A stretch of DNA of 64,000 bases from Candidatus Peribacterales bacterium (GTDB lineage: Bacteria; Patescibacteriota; Gracilibacteria; Peribacterales; Peribacteraceae). The DNA lies in the NCBI GenBank assembly GCA_020058765.1, contig JAGVDM010000006.1, positions 181,488 through 245,487 on the forward strand. Reading direction: 5' to 3'. The notes under the pieces were generated by a model. The model made no database searches. It saw nothing but the letters and a program-made list of their open reading frames with translations, and was not told where the DNA came from. The translations under genes and the position numbers were made by a program. This document shows, piece by piece, positions 16,884 through 30,521 of the stretch (the first letter of the stretch is position 1; every line of letters begins with the position of its first letter).

Positions 16884-17288
16884 ATGAAAAAACTCTCCCT
16901 CCTTTTAGGTTCACTCGGCGGTGCATTCGCCGGCTACATTTTTAGCAATAAAAAGCTCCGCGATGAGCTTACAAATTCAAAAGATGCGGAGCAAGCCGCA
17001 AAGACGCTCGGCAAGCATTTGCAGAAAGACGGGAAAAAGTTCGCCAAGCAGGTTCGCGATTTTGTAGAGAGCGAAGAGGTGCAGGAGAACTTCGGCAAAG
17101 CGAAAGTCTTTGCAAAGGAGAAGCTCGACGAAGCAAAGAAGGAGCTTGGCGAATTGGTACAGCAGGGCAAATCAACTGCGACCAAGCAAATCACAAAGGC
17201 AAAGAAGCAGGCCAAAAAGTCTGTAAAGAAAGCAGTCTCCGGCCGCAAGCCCGCTCGAATGAAGACGAAGACTCGCACGGTGGCGTAA
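16884..17288 (+). CDS. YtxH-like protein (N-terminal hydrophobic helix plus Lys-rich helical tail)
   Basis: MKKLSLLLGSLGGAFAGYIFSNKKLRDEL is followed by a charged helical region. A TATAAT lies at 16854-16859 upstream. Confidence 0.5.
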   Translation: MKKLSLLLGSLGGAFAGYIFSNKKLRDELTNSKDAEQAAKTLGKHLQKDGKKFAKQVRDFVESEEVQENFGKAKVFAKEKLDEAKKELGELVQQGKSTATKQITKAKKQAKKSVKKAVSGRKPARMKTKTRTVA

Positions 17289-17304
17289 TACTGTGGAAAT
17301 ACAT

Positions 17305-17340
17305 GACCGTCGCTCTCCAAAAGGGCGGCGGTCTTTTCGT
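17305..17340 (+). terminator. intrinsic terminator candidate
   Basis: GACCGTCGC-11 nt-GCGGCGGTC (one G-U pair) followed by TTTTCGTCTT, 17 nt after the stop at 17288. Confidence 0.55.
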
Positions 17341-17409
17341 CTTGTAGAGAAAACTGATTGTATGGTCTACAATCCATCAGAATTGTTCATTTGTTCCTCC
17401 TCATAAATC

Positions 17410-19482
17410 ATGCCTTTCTCTTCACTCCCCTTCACGAGTCCGCTCTCTAGTTTCCTCACACTCGCAATCGGCAGCGGCGTGCTCGCGCTGTTCATTGCAC
17501 TCATCTTCCGTGTCATTATTGGCACCAAGAGTGCCGGTACTCCGCAAATGCAAGCGATCAGCGCAATGGTGCGCGCCGGAGCGATGGCATTCCTGCGGAA
17601 GGAATACTCCGTGATCTTGGTCTTCGTGATCGTGGTAGCCGGCTTACTGTATTGGTTCCTGGATCGCACCAACCCGGCATGGGAAGAACCGTACACCGCT
17701 GGCGCATTCGTACTCGGCGCATTCTGTTCGGTATTGGCAGGATTCATTGGCATGCGCACGGCAACAATCGCAAACGTGCGCACGGCACACGCCGCACGCC
17801 AAAGCCTTGGTGGTGCGTTGCGCATCGCATTCTTAAGCGGTGCAACAACAGGTCTTGCTGTTGTTGGACTGGGTCTTCTTGGGCTCGCAGGCACCCTGCT
17901 ATACCTCATAGAGGTAGCTGGTCTACAAATGGGTAGCGCATTGGAAATTCTCACTGGATTCAGCTTCGGCGCATCTGCCGTGGCACTGTTTGCTCGCGTG
18001 GGTGGCGGTATCTACACGAAGGCAGCAGACGTAGGCGCAGACTTGGTAGGAAAAGTAGAAAAGAATATCCCAGAGGATGATCCTCGCAACCCTGCAGTGA
18101 TCGCAGACAACGTAGGCGACAACGTAGGCGACGTAGCGGGTATGGGCGCTGACCTCTTCGAAAGTTACGTAGGATCAATTGTGGCTGCAATGCTCATCGC
18201 TCTCTCTGCAAACCTGGGAATGAATGCAGTGCTATTCCCTCTATTGATTGCAAGCATTGGAGTGGTTGCAAGCATACTCGGCACAACCGTGGTGCGCACA
18301 AAGCGCGGCAGCGACAACGTGCACGGCGCACTGAAGCGCGGCATTATCTTTGCGTCCGTATTGCTTGTACTTGGTGCCATGTGGCTCTGTTGGCAACTCT
18401 TGGGAGACATGGCAATGGGCGTCTTCATTTCGGTAGTCACTGGATTGCTCGTTGGTCTGTGCATTGGCTTCCTTACGGAGTACTACACATCGAGCGAATA
18501 CAAGCCAGTGCAGAATTTGGCTGGCTCTGCCAAAACAGGTGCAGCAACCACAATCATTAGTGGGCTTGCACTCGGTTACACATCCACCTTCTGGCCAGTC
18601 GTGTTGATTTGTATTGGCATTGGCGTGGCATATGCACAGGCCGGCCTGTACGGCATTGCCATTAGCGCAGTAGGTATGCTCTCCACGCTCGGTATTACCT
18701 TGGCAGTGGATGCCTACGGCCCCGTGGCCGATAACGCAGGCGGTCTTGCGGAAATGGCTAAGCTGCCAAAGCAAGTACGCGTGCGCACCGATGCGCTGGA
18801 CTCCGCAGGCAACACCACCGCTGCAATCGGAAAAGGATTCGCAATCGGTTCTGCGGCACTCACTGCACTCGCACTCTTTGCTGCATTCAATGAGAAGGCA
18901 GAACTCACAACAATCAGCCTCACCACTCCAACGACACTCATTGGCCTGCTTATTGGAGGCACGTTACCGTTCCTCTTCTCTGCAATGACCATGAACGCAG
19001 TGGGTCGTGCAGCATTTGCCATGATCGAAGAGGTGCGACGCCAGTTCAAAGAGATCAAAGGCCTTATGGAAGGCAAAGCACAGGGTGACCCTGCCCGCTG
19101 CGTGAGCATTGCAACCGGCGCAGCGATCAAAGAAATGATTGTACCCGGCTTGCTTGCAGTCTCCTTCCCTATCGCCACAGGTGTGGTTTTGGGCACAGAA
19201 GCTCTTGGCGGCCTGCTCGCGGGCGCCCTGCTCTCTGGAGTGCTTATGGCCATTTCCATGGCCAACAGCGGTGGTGCATGGGACAACGCGAAGAAGTACA
19301 TCGAAGCCGGCAACTTGGGTGGCAAAGGTTCCGACGCACACAAGGCCGCAGTAGTGGGTGACACCGTCGGCGATCCATTCAAAGACACATCCGGTCCTTC
19401 CATCAACATCTTGATCAAGCTGATGACAGTGGTCTCGGTACTCACAGCAGGGCTGTATTCCGCCAACGGTCTCATCGGCTAA
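17410..19482 (+). CDS. hppA: membrane-bound pyrophosphate-energised cation pump (K+-dependent-type signature)
   Basis: [39 protein letters not shown] (Ala, not Lys, in GNTTAA) and [14 protein letters not shown], in a protein of about 16 TM helices. Confidence 0.9.
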   Translation: MPFSSLPFTSPLSSFLTLAIGSGVLALFIALIFRVIIGTKSAGTPQMQAISAMVRAGAMAFLRKEYSVILVFVIVVAGLLYWFLDRTNPAWEEPYTAGAFVLGAFCSVLAGFIGMRTATIANVRTAHAARQSLGGALRIAFLSGATTGLAVVGLGLLGLAGTLLYLIEVAGLQMGSALEILTGFSFGASAVALFARVGGGIYTKAADVGADLVGKVEKNIPEDDPRNPAVIADNVGDNVGDVAGMGADLFESYVGSIVAAMLIALSANLGMNAVLFPLLIASIGVVASILGTTVVRTKRGSDNVHGALKRGIIFASVLLVLGAMWLCWQLLGDMAMGVFISVVTGLLVGLCIGFLTEYYTSSEYKPVQNLAGSAKTGAATTIISGLALGYTSTFWPVVLICIGIGVAYAQAGLYGIAISAVGMLSTLGITLAVDAYGPVADNAGGLAEMAKLPKQVRVRTDALDSAGNTTAAIGKGFAIGSAALTALALFAAFNEKAELTTISLTTPTTLIGLLIGGTLPFLFSAMTMNAVGRAAFAMIEEVRRQFKEIKGLMEGKAQGDPARCVSIATGAAIKEMIVPGLLAVSFPIATGVVLGTEALGGLLAGALLSGVLMAISMANSGGAWDNAKKYIEAGNLGGKGSDAHKAAVVGDTVGDPFKDTSGPSINILIKLMTVVSVLTAGLYSANGLIG

Positions 19483-19502
19483 CCCTGGTAACTCGCAAGA
19501 AC

Positions 19503-19530
19503 AAGAGCCACCCCAAGGGTGGCTCTTTTT
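19503..19530 (+). terminator. intrinsic terminator
   Basis: AAGAGCCACCC-caa-GGGTGGCTCTT followed by a T-run, 21 nt after the hppA stop. Confidence 0.75.
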
Positions 19531-19581
19531 GTAGGTCAGCATGCTTGCTCCGCTTGCGCCTCGCGCTATAGTCACTCCCTT

Positions 19582-23788
<4,207 letters not shown>

Positions 23789-23795
23789 ACAGAAA

Positions 23796-24725
23796 TCAAA
23801 GCGCCTTCAGCTTCCCTTTCGCATCCGCGGCGGATGCATATCCTTTGCGATCCAGAATTGCCTGTAGCTCTTGATCGATGCGTGCAAAGCACCCTAGCCC
23901 TTCCTGCATGAACGCAGTCCCTACCTGCACTGCGTCTGCACCAGCAAGGACGAACTCGAACGCATCGGTACCTGTGTATACGCCGCCCACACCAATGATC
24001 TGCACGCGATCACCGAGGAGCTCGTGAAATTTGCGCACGTTCGCCAGTGCAGTTGGCTTGAGGTATTGGCCTCCAAGACCGCCAAAACCACCCTTGGGGC
24101 GGATCACCGGACGCTCGGTTTCCGCGTCAATCACAAGCGCGTTACCAATGGAATTCACACAAGTAATAAAGGCGATCTTGTGCTTTTTGAGCACGGCCGC
24201 CATGGATTCAAAATGGACGAAGTCAAAGTACGGAGGGAGTTTTACTCCAAGCGGCTTGTCACCAAGGCCATCAAGGAGCGAGAGGATTGCATCGGATGCC
24301 TCAAAGTCATAGCCGATCTGCGGCTTTCCCTTCACATTTGGGCAGGAGAGATTCACTTCAATCAAATCCACATCGCTCTTCTGGAATGCCTCCACCAGAA
24401 CAGGGAAATCCGATGGTTGCATGCCGGCGAGACTGGCGATCACGGGCTTACCATACTCGGCGAGATCCTTGGGGAATTCGCAGTACTGCGTATAGCCCAA
24501 ATTCGGCAGCCCCATGCTGTTAATAGACCCAAGTGGCAGATCCGCATAGCGTGGTTCTTCGTTCCCGTCGCGTGGCTCCGGGGTGCAGGATTTCATGACA
24601 ATAGCACCCGAACCGGAGGCGCCGATTTCCCGGAGCTCCGGAAGTGTGACGTCACGAGGGCCAGATGCGTTGAATACGCAGGAAGGGAAGTGGATCCCCG
24701 CGATGGTTACCTGTGTGCTGGCCAC
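23796..24725 (-). CDS. pyrD: dihydroorotate dehydrogenase, class 1
   Basis: NASGP, EVNLSCPNV (catalytic Cys type), GGLGGQYLKPTALANV, IIGVGGVYTG. GTG start. Convergent with pyrG, with a 7-nt gap. Confidence 0.9.
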   Translation of the reverse strand: MASTQVTIAGIHFPSCVFNASGPRDVTLPELREIGASGSGAIVMKSCTPEPRDGNEEPRYADLPLGSINSMGLPNLGYTQYCEFPKDLAEYGKPVIASLAGMQPSDFPVLVEAFQKSDVDLIEVNLSCPNVKGKPQIGYDFEASDAILSLLDGLGDKPLGVKLPPYFDFVHFESMAAVLKKHKIAFITCVNSIGNALVIDAETERPVIRPKGGFGGLGGQYLKPTALANVRKFHELLGDRVQIIGVGGVYTGTDAFEFVLAGADAVQVGTAFMQEGLGCFARIDQELQAILDRKGYASAADAKGKLKAL

Positions 24726-24793
24726 GACTGCATCCTAGCCGATTTATGTACGCGCCGAAAGCACACAGAATACAAAAAAACCATCGCTGGGGT

Positions 24794-24844
24794 GGCGCGC
24801 CACGGGGGGTGAAGGGGCAAGAGGAGTGGGAGTTGGCGGCCGGC
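24794..24844 (-). promoter_or_regulatory. conserved C-rich stem-loop element, copy 2 (pyrD leader)
   Basis: On the minus strand: GGCCGCCA-ACTCCCACTCCTCTTGCCCCTTCACCCCCCG-TGGCGCGCC, followed by a T7 run about 17 nt downstream. It lies about 70 nt upstream of the pyrD GTG. Confidence 0.5.
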
Positions 24845-24922
24845 GTTTTGCTCCCAGTACAAAGCTCTTGAGTTGAGCCGAAGGAGAGGAGCGAATGGCT
24901 TTGTGCGCAGTGCCCTGGCAGC

Positions 24923-24950
24923 GCCACCTTTTCCGCCGGGAAAAGGTGGC
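24923..24950 (-). other. perfect 12-bp hairpin 8 nt after the dipZ-like stop
   Basis: GCCACCTTTTCC-4 nt-GGAAAAGGTGGC. No U-tract follows it. Confidence 0.5.
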
Positions 24951-24958
24951 AAATGACC

Positions 24959-26764
24959 TCACGCTCCGAATGTAAACGCATACCCCTCTGCGCCAGCTCC
25001 ACTGATGCGAATCACAATCTCGTGTTCGCCGTACTCCCCTGTCCATAGCTCGTAGAGATCATGCATGCCTATGGTGAATGATTTGGTCTGCTCACCGTCC
25101 AATTCTATATCCACAGTCGCTGGTGCAGCACCTTCATCTAAACCCATCACCAGATTGATCTCACTGCCAATAAACCGCATGCGAATCTCACCTTCTGCAC
25201 TACGCAAAACCTGTCGCTCCTCCTCCACCATTTGCCAATCCCCCTCAAGTGCATAGCTATGCAGTGACAGCTCAGATAGCGCCTGGTAGGACACGATTTG
25301 GCCTGTGGGCTGAGATGCACCGTTCACAAGGGAAGGCCAACTACGAGAACCAAGATAGATTTCTGGCGAACGGTTCCGACGGCTGCCACGATCCTCCGCC
25401 TCCGTGACTTGGCCTGTAACCTCGGCACCAATTTCGGCAAGGAGCGACTGAATCGCCAAATCGGTTTCCTCATATGCCCCTTCGCCGAAGTGGGTGTAGC
25501 GAATGTATCCATCGGCATCAATAAGGTACTTCGCAGGCCAGTAGCGATTGGCAAATGCTCCCCATGTCCCAAAGTCATTGTCCTGTGCAACCGGATACGT
25601 GAGGCCGTGATTTTTGATAGCGTCTGCAACGTTCTTTTCACTCTTTTCAAAGACGAATTCCGGCGTGTGCACGCCAATGAGCACAAACGGCTGGCCTTTG
25701 AATTTATCCCAATACCCCTGAATGTACGGCAGGGTGCGAATGCAGTTAATGCAGCTATACGTCCAGAAGTCGACGAGCACGACCTTGCCTCGCAGGCTTT
25801 CGAGTGTAAACGGCTCACTGTTGTGCCAAGGGCCAAGACCTACGAACTCTGGAGCACGGGTGATTTTGGAGAGTTTGGGGAGTTCCATATTCATAACGGA
25901 AGGTGAGGAAGTGTCTTTCACGGCAGCAATATCTTCACCGAAGAGTTTGAGCTCTAGGTCGATGCCGAGGTTGCCGAACGGAGTATTGTTCACGAAGAAG
26001 ATTTCGATTTCACGGAAAAGTTGGAAGCCGAACGCAAGCGAAGTAAGGATCAGTACGATCCCAGCGAATTGCTTTATGCGAAGTGTGTATCGATTGAGCA
26101 CGCGTACCGATCGCAAGGCAGCCTGGCCGCCATATCCGATAAGAACAAGCGGCACTGCCGTACCAAGACCGTACGCAGTGAGTGCCAAGAATGCGCGCAG
26201 TCCAGGTTCATCCCGCACGAGCGCAAAGGCGAAGCCGAGTGCAGGACCGGCACAAGGCACCCATACCAAACCCATGGTGAGCCCAATCAGGAATGCTGTA
26301 ATGGGATGTGCCTCTCCAAATTCACCACGTGTGCGCTCTTGTACGTCACTGCCAAACTGTTGGATAGATGTAGCAATTCGCGCACCTACAAACATGAGAA
26401 TGACACCGACGAGCGCAGCAATCGGTACGGCAATCCATCCCTTACTGAGGAAAAAGAGCCCACCAAGAGCGGCCAATGGCAACTGCACGATACGATGGTG
26501 AATTAGAAATCCTATTCCAAATAGGTAGAGCGCAAAGTACGTGGCAATACGAAGGTAATCTGCGAATTCTACGAACTGATTCAGCACTACGAACAGCAGG
26601 AATGTGAACCCTACGAAGCTCACTACCATGCCGAGCACCGTAAGAAGCGGACGCCATGGATTGCGCCCCGCAATACTCACACCCAATACAATGGGTATGA
26701 GCGGCAAAATACAGGGGAGCAGAATTGTGAGTGCACCCGCTGCAAACAGTGTCAGGTAAAGCAT
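24959..26764 (-). CDS. DipZ-like fusion: CcdA/DsbD transmembrane reductant conduit plus thioredoxin-like CxxC domain plus C-terminal beta domain
   Basis: N-terminal multi-TM region with LLPCILPLIP and VWVPCAGPALG, the CcdA-type Cys pair. The redoxin domain carries FWTYSCINCIRTLPY. I prefer the ATG at 26764, which avoids an overlap with nth. Confidence 0.75.
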   Translation of the reverse strand: MLYLTLFAAGALTILLPCILPLIPIVLGVSIAGRNPWRPLLTVLGMVVSFVGFTFLLFVVLNQFVEFADYLRIATYFALYLFGIGFLIHHRIVQLPLAALGGLFFLSKGWIAVPIAALVGVILMFVGARIATSIQQFGSDVQERTRGEFGEAHPITAFLIGLTMGLVWVPCAGPALGFAFALVRDEPGLRAFLALTAYGLGTAVPLVLIGYGGQAALRSVRVLNRYTLRIKQFAGIVLILTSLAFGFQLFREIEIFFVNNTPFGNLGIDLELKLFGEDIAAVKDTSSPSVMNMELPKLSKITRAPEFVGLGPWHNSEPFTLESLRGKVVLVDFWTYSCINCIRTLPYIQGYWDKFKGQPFVLIGVHTPEFVFEKSEKNVADAIKNHGLTYPVAQDNDFGTWGAFANRYWPAKYLIDADGYIRYTHFGEGAYEETDLAIQSLLAEIGAEVTGQVTEAEDRGSRRNRSPEIYLGSRSWPSLVNGASQPTGQIVSYQALSELSLHSYALEGDWQMVEEERQVLRSAEGEIRMRFIGSEINLVMGLDEGAAPATVDIELDGEQTKSFTIGMHDLYELWTGEYGEHEIVIRISGAGAEGYAFTFGA

Positions 26765-26790
26765 GGCGATCAGGGGAAAACACGTAAAGC

Positions 26791-27471
26791 TTAGAGCTTC
26801 TTGGATGTCTTTCGCAGTCGCGAACTCGGGCAAGTGTGTCCAAAGACACATTTACTGCAGGCGGGATCGCGCGCTTTGCAGATGGCACGACCGTGCGCCA
26901 CCATGAGATGTGAGAGCGTAAGCCAATCCGCACGTGGCGTTTTGCGCATCATATCGAGCTCAATCTTCTGCTGTGTCTTCTGCCTGGTCAGACCAAGGCG
27001 CCGCAGCAAACGGATGTTATGCGTATCGATGGGGATACCCTCAATAACGCCATATGCCGTACCAAGCACGACCGCAGCGGTTTTACGCCCTACACCGCGC
27101 AGCGTAAGCATCTCCTCCATCGTACGGGGCACCTGCCCGCCAAAATCCCGGAGCAGAATCCCGCACGTAGTCTGTATAGCCTTCGCCTTCATCCGGTAGC
27201 TCCCGCAGGAATGAATGTCTCGCTCCAATTCTTCCTGCGGCACTGCTATGTACGCTTGCGGATTCTTGTACTTACGAAAGAGGAATTTTGTCACCACGTT
27301 CACGCGTGCATCAGTGCACTGCGCAGAGAGAATAGCAGCAACGAGCAATTCGAGAGGCGTCGTCCAATCCAATGTACAACCCGCATGGGGGTACACCTGC
27401 CGAAGGTCGCGCAGAACGGTATCCACAGAAAGGCTCGATTTGGTCACAGAGTGAGTATACGCGTGCGGCAA
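26791..27471 (-). CDS. nth: endonuclease III
   Basis: LLVAAILSAQCTDARVN, the HhH-GPD motif LTLRGVGRKTAAVVLG, and the FeS cluster C-x6-C-x2-C-x5-C (CKARDPACSKCVFGHTC). The start is uncertain (TTG 27471, GTG 27447 or GTG 27426). Confidence 0.85.
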   Translation of the reverse strand: MPHAYTHSVTKSSLSVDTVLRDLRQVYPHAGCTLDWTTPLELLVAAILSAQCTDARVNVVTKFLFRKYKNPQAYIAVPQEELERDIHSCGSYRMKAKAIQTTCGILLRDFGGQVPRTMEEMLTLRGVGRKTAAVVLGTAYGVIEGIPIDTHNIRLLRRLGLTRQKTQQKIELDMMRKTPRADWLTLSHLMVAHGRAICKARDPACSKCVFGHTCPSSRLRKTSKKL

Positions 27472-27548
27472 GCGAGGTCGATGAGGATGGCAGCAACGTC
27501 AAGAGAAGTGGGTGGAACAGGCCAAGTGATCTGCTACAGTCCCTACCC

Positions 27549-28127
27549 GTGCCATCACTCCCACCCTTCACCGTTTTCGACACCGAAACAACCGGACTGG
27601 ACCCGTACAAAGGTCATCGGATTATCGAAATTGCCAGAGTGCGAGTGGAGGACGGCAAGATCTTAGAAGAGGCGAGTTTTGTTGCCCTGGTGAACCCCGA
27701 GCGTGATATCCCATGGGAGGCAAAGCAGATCAACAAGATCAGCGACGAGGATGTAGCAAATGCGCCAACGATCGATCAAGTGCTGCCGAAATTTTTGGAG
27801 TTCGCGAGCGGATCGCTCCTTGTAGCGCACAACGCAGCGTTCGATATGGGATTCCTAGAGCGTGAAAAAGAGTGCTGCTGGGGATACGTAGATTTGCCGG
27901 AATGCTTGTGCACCATGCTCATGAGCCGTGCCCTGTTCCCAAAGGAATTCCGCCACACGCTCGATGCAGTAGCACAGCGCTTTGCACTCCCGATCCCCCA
28001 GGCACGCCATAGGGCGTTGCCAGATGTGCTGCTCACTGCACAGGCGTTATTGCAGATGATTGAGCGAAAGAACATCACCTCTATGGATGAACTTCGCAAG
28101 ATTGCGAGCCTGAAAGTCGCTGCATAA
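27549..28127 (+). CDS. DnaQ-like 3'-5' exonuclease (DEDDh)
   Basis: FTVFDTETTGLDP (ExoI), LVAHNAAFDMGFL (ExoII), HRALPDV (ExoIII). The in-frame GTG at 27549 is preferred over the ATG at 27372, which would overlap nth head-to-head. Confidence 0.8.
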   Translation: MPSLPPFTVFDTETTGLDPYKGHRIIEIARVRVEDGKILEEASFVALVNPERDIPWEAKQINKISDEDVANAPTIDQVLPKFLEFASGSLLVAHNAAFDMGFLEREKECCWGYVDLPECLCTMLMSRALFPKEFRHTLDAVAQRFALPIPQARHRALPDVLLTAQALLQMIERKNITSMDELRKIASLKVAA

Positions 28128-28176
28128 AAACTGTGTTTCTGGCTCTCAGACTGGATTTGCGCTACCATGATTCCTC

Positions 28177-28656
28177 ATGGCAGTTTTGCCTATCGTCATC
28201 GGCGCAACAACACCCGTGCTCCGCACGAAGACGAAGCGGATCCCCAAGGTGACCAAAGAAGTGTTGAAGCTTATTGCTGATATGCACGACACGGTAAAAG
28301 CAGCAGAGGGTGGCGGTATCGCTGCTCCGCAAATTGGTGTGTCATTGCGCGTATGTTTAGCAAACATCAACGACAAAATGACTGCGCTCATCAACCCAGA
28401 AATCACCTGGCGAAGCACAGAAACACTACGCGAAGAGGAGGGGTGCCTGAGCCTACCCGGCGTATGGAAAGCGGTAGAACGCTCACGGGAAATCGCACTC
28501 ACCTACATGGATGAGCAAGGGAAGGTACAAGAACGACGTTTTAGTGACTGGAATGCCCGCGTCGTCCAGCATGAGGTAGACCACCTGGAGGGAGTGCTGA
28601 TTGTGGATTACCCAGCATTGCCGAATCTGGCTTCTCCGGATGCACTTGCTGCATAA
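28177..28656 (+). CDS. def: peptide deformylase
   Basis: GGGIAAPQIGVSLRV, EGCLSLPG, QHEVDHLEG. Confidence 0.95.
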   Translation: MAVLPIVIGATTPVLRTKTKRIPKVTKEVLKLIADMHDTVKAAEGGGIAAPQIGVSLRVCLANINDKMTALINPEITWRSTETLREEEGCLSLPGVWKAVERSREIALTYMDEQGKVQERRFSDWNARVVQHEVDHLEGVLIVDYPALPNLASPDALAA

Positions 28657-28975
28657 AGTGCTTGAATAACATCACATCGGCGATCGCGAATACTTTGCCG
28701 CTTACGCTGTGCTGGATGTTGCCGACATCGGGATGATCACCGTGATACAGCTCATTCCACGCTTTCATAAAAAACTGTTCCGCGAGGTCTTCCTGCGCTG
28801 GATCATCTCGCAATGCTCGGAGCATATGCCGATAGAGCGACCGCTCATGACGCTGAACAAGATGGAAATATGCCTGCTGTTTGGCCATCTCTTCTGGATG
28901 CGCCTTAGCGTGCACAAATAACTCTTCATCACTCATCTGATCCCAGTGGGTTTCGACATGATGGTGAGTACTCAT
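28541..28975 (-). CDS. hypothetical protein with a sigma-70 region-2-like N-terminal half
   Basis: ELFVHAKAHPEEMAKQQAYFHLVQRHERSLYRHMLRAL..DPAQEDLAEQFFMKAW resembles sigma region 2.1-2.2. No region 4 is present. The 3' end overlaps def by 116 nt, so the coding status of the tail is doubtful. Confidence 0.35.
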   Translation of the reverse strand: MSTHHHVETHWDQMSDEELFVHAKAHPEEMAKQQAYFHLVQRHERSLYRHMLRALRDDPAQEDLAEQFFMKAWNELYHGDHPDVGNIQHSVSGKVFAIADVMLFKHFMQQVHPEKPDSAMLGNPQSALPPGGLPHAGRRGHSSH

Positions 28976-29075
28976 ACTGCCATCTAATAACTATTCCATA
29001 CTGAAATCAAACAACGTCAATGTACCTCTATTTCCGTTTGCATAGAGGGGAAAAGTCGATGTAGTCTCACTTCGA

Positions 29076-30518
29076 ATGGCAGCATTGGAAGCAATTATCG
29101 GCCTAGAAGTGCATGCGCAAATGAGCACGAAGACAAAGATGTTCTGCGCATGCGATAACGACGCATTTGGGAAAGCGCCCAATACCACCGTATGCCCTGT
29201 ATGCATGGGTCACCCCGGAACCTTGCCTGTGCCAAACGCCGAAGCAATTGTGAAAGCAATAAAGGCGTCGCTTGCACTACAGTGCACAGTGAATCGCGAG
29301 AATCACTTCGACCGAAAGCACTACTTCTATCCTGATCTTCCCTCTGGGTTCCAGATTTCGCAGTACGACTTCCCTCTCGCGAGCCGCGGTGTGGTGGAAT
29401 ATGAAATAAGTGATACGAGTGGCCGCATTGAAGCCAAAAAGGTTTGCCGGATCACGAGGCTTCATATGGAAAATGATGCAGGAAAACTGTCGCATCACGG
29501 CACCAAGACACTCGTAGATCTCAACCGTGCAGGCACGCCACTCATGGAAATCGTCACCGAACCGGATCTGCGAAATGCAGAAGAAGCATCGGCATTCGCG
29601 CAGGAGCTCCGGCGTATCTTGATTGCCGTGCAGGCCAGCGAAGCAGACATGTTCAAGGGCATGATGCGGTTCGATGCATCCATCTCGCTCAGGGAACAAG
29701 GAACGGAAAAGCTGAATCCACGAAGCGAAATCAAAAACCTCAACTCATTCAAAGCATTGGAAAAAGCGCTGCAGTATGAGGAAAAGCGGCTACGGAAACT
29801 GTGGGAAGAAACCGGCGGGCCGCTCAAAGGCGATATCACCGTGGGGTGGATGGATGATGAAGAGAAAACACGACTCCTGCGCGAGAAGGAAAGTGCGGAT
29901 GACTACCGATACTTCCCGGAACCAGACATTCCACCATTGGTGCTGGAGGAAAAGTTTGTAGAAAGCATCCGAGCCACGCTGCCGGCGCTCCCAGGAGAAG
30001 TGAAGCGCACGTACGTGGAGCTTGGATTGGATGATAAGCAGGCAACGCAATTAATTAATGACGCGCATCTGCGGTCAATGTTTGATGCCGTACATGCGCA
30101 AACCGGAGACGCGAAGCGGGCGAGCAGCATTGTACTTACGCAGCTTCTTGGATTCTTGAATGCCGCAGAAAAATCTGTGACGGAAGGCCCGGATGCCCCT
30201 GCATTGCTGGAACTCATCGCGAAAATCGATGACGGGACAATCTCTGCCAATGCAGGAAAGAGCGTGCTCGAAAAAATGGTGGCAACAGGTGCAAATGCTT
30301 CCACCATCATCGCCAAAGAAGGCATGCAGCAAATCAGTGATGATTCGGCCATTGATACGCTCGTGGCTGCAGCTGTAGCCGCGAATCCACAGGCAATCGA
30401 ATCCTACAAAGCAGGCAAACAAGCAGCGCTCGGCGCCATTGTGGGCTGGGTGATGAAGGAATCCAAAGGGCAAGCCAACCCCCAGAAAGTGAACGAAGCA
30501 CTGCAGCGCTACCTCTAA
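29076..30518 (+). CDS. gatB: Asp/Glu-tRNA amidotransferase subunit B
   Basis: IIGLEVHAQMSTKTKMFCAC, CPVCMGHPGTLPV, DLNRAGTPLMEIVTEPD, and a C-terminal YqeY-like tail. Confidence 0.95.
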   Translation: MAALEAIIGLEVHAQMSTKTKMFCACDNDAFGKAPNTTVCPVCMGHPGTLPVPNAEAIVKAIKASLALQCTVNRENHFDRKHYFYPDLPSGFQISQYDFPLASRGVVEYEISDTSGRIEAKKVCRITRLHMENDAGKLSHHGTKTLVDLNRAGTPLMEIVTEPDLRNAEEASAFAQELRRILIAVQASEADMFKGMMRFDASISLREQGTEKLNPRSEIKNLNSFKALEKALQYEEKRLRKLWEETGGPLKGDITVGWMDDEEKTRLLREKESADDYRYFPEPDIPPLVLEEKFVESIRATLPALPGEVKRTYVELGLDDKQATQLINDAHLRSMFDAVHAQTGDAKRASSIVLTQLLGFLNAAEKSVTEGPDAPALLELIAKIDDGTISANAGKSVLEKMVATGANASTIIAKEGMQQISDDSAIDTLVAAAVAANPQAIESYKAGKQAALGAIVGWVMKESKGQANPQKVNEALQRYL

Positions 30519-30521
30519 GTA

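Noticed and set aside
19519-19581. A GTG start at 19519 for the LOG-domain protein.
   Set aside because: That GTG sits inside the stem of the hppA intrinsic terminator (19503-19530). The ATG at 19582, with a TATAGT box 9 nt upstream, is more plausible.
24792-24803. The 12-nt palindrome GTGGCGCGCCAC as a protein-binding or restriction-type site.
   Set aside because: It is a single occurrence that forms the 3' arm of stem-loop element copy 2, and it has no loop of its own. It is better explained as part of that element.
27372-27548. An apparent 100-nt head-to-head overlap of the DnaQ-like exonuclease ORF (ATG 27372) with the nth start.
   Set aside because: An in-frame GTG at 27549 lies 9 codons before the FDTETTG ExoI motif and is preceded by the C/U-rich tract typical of starts here. 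Using it removes the overlap and gives a normal-length exonuclease.
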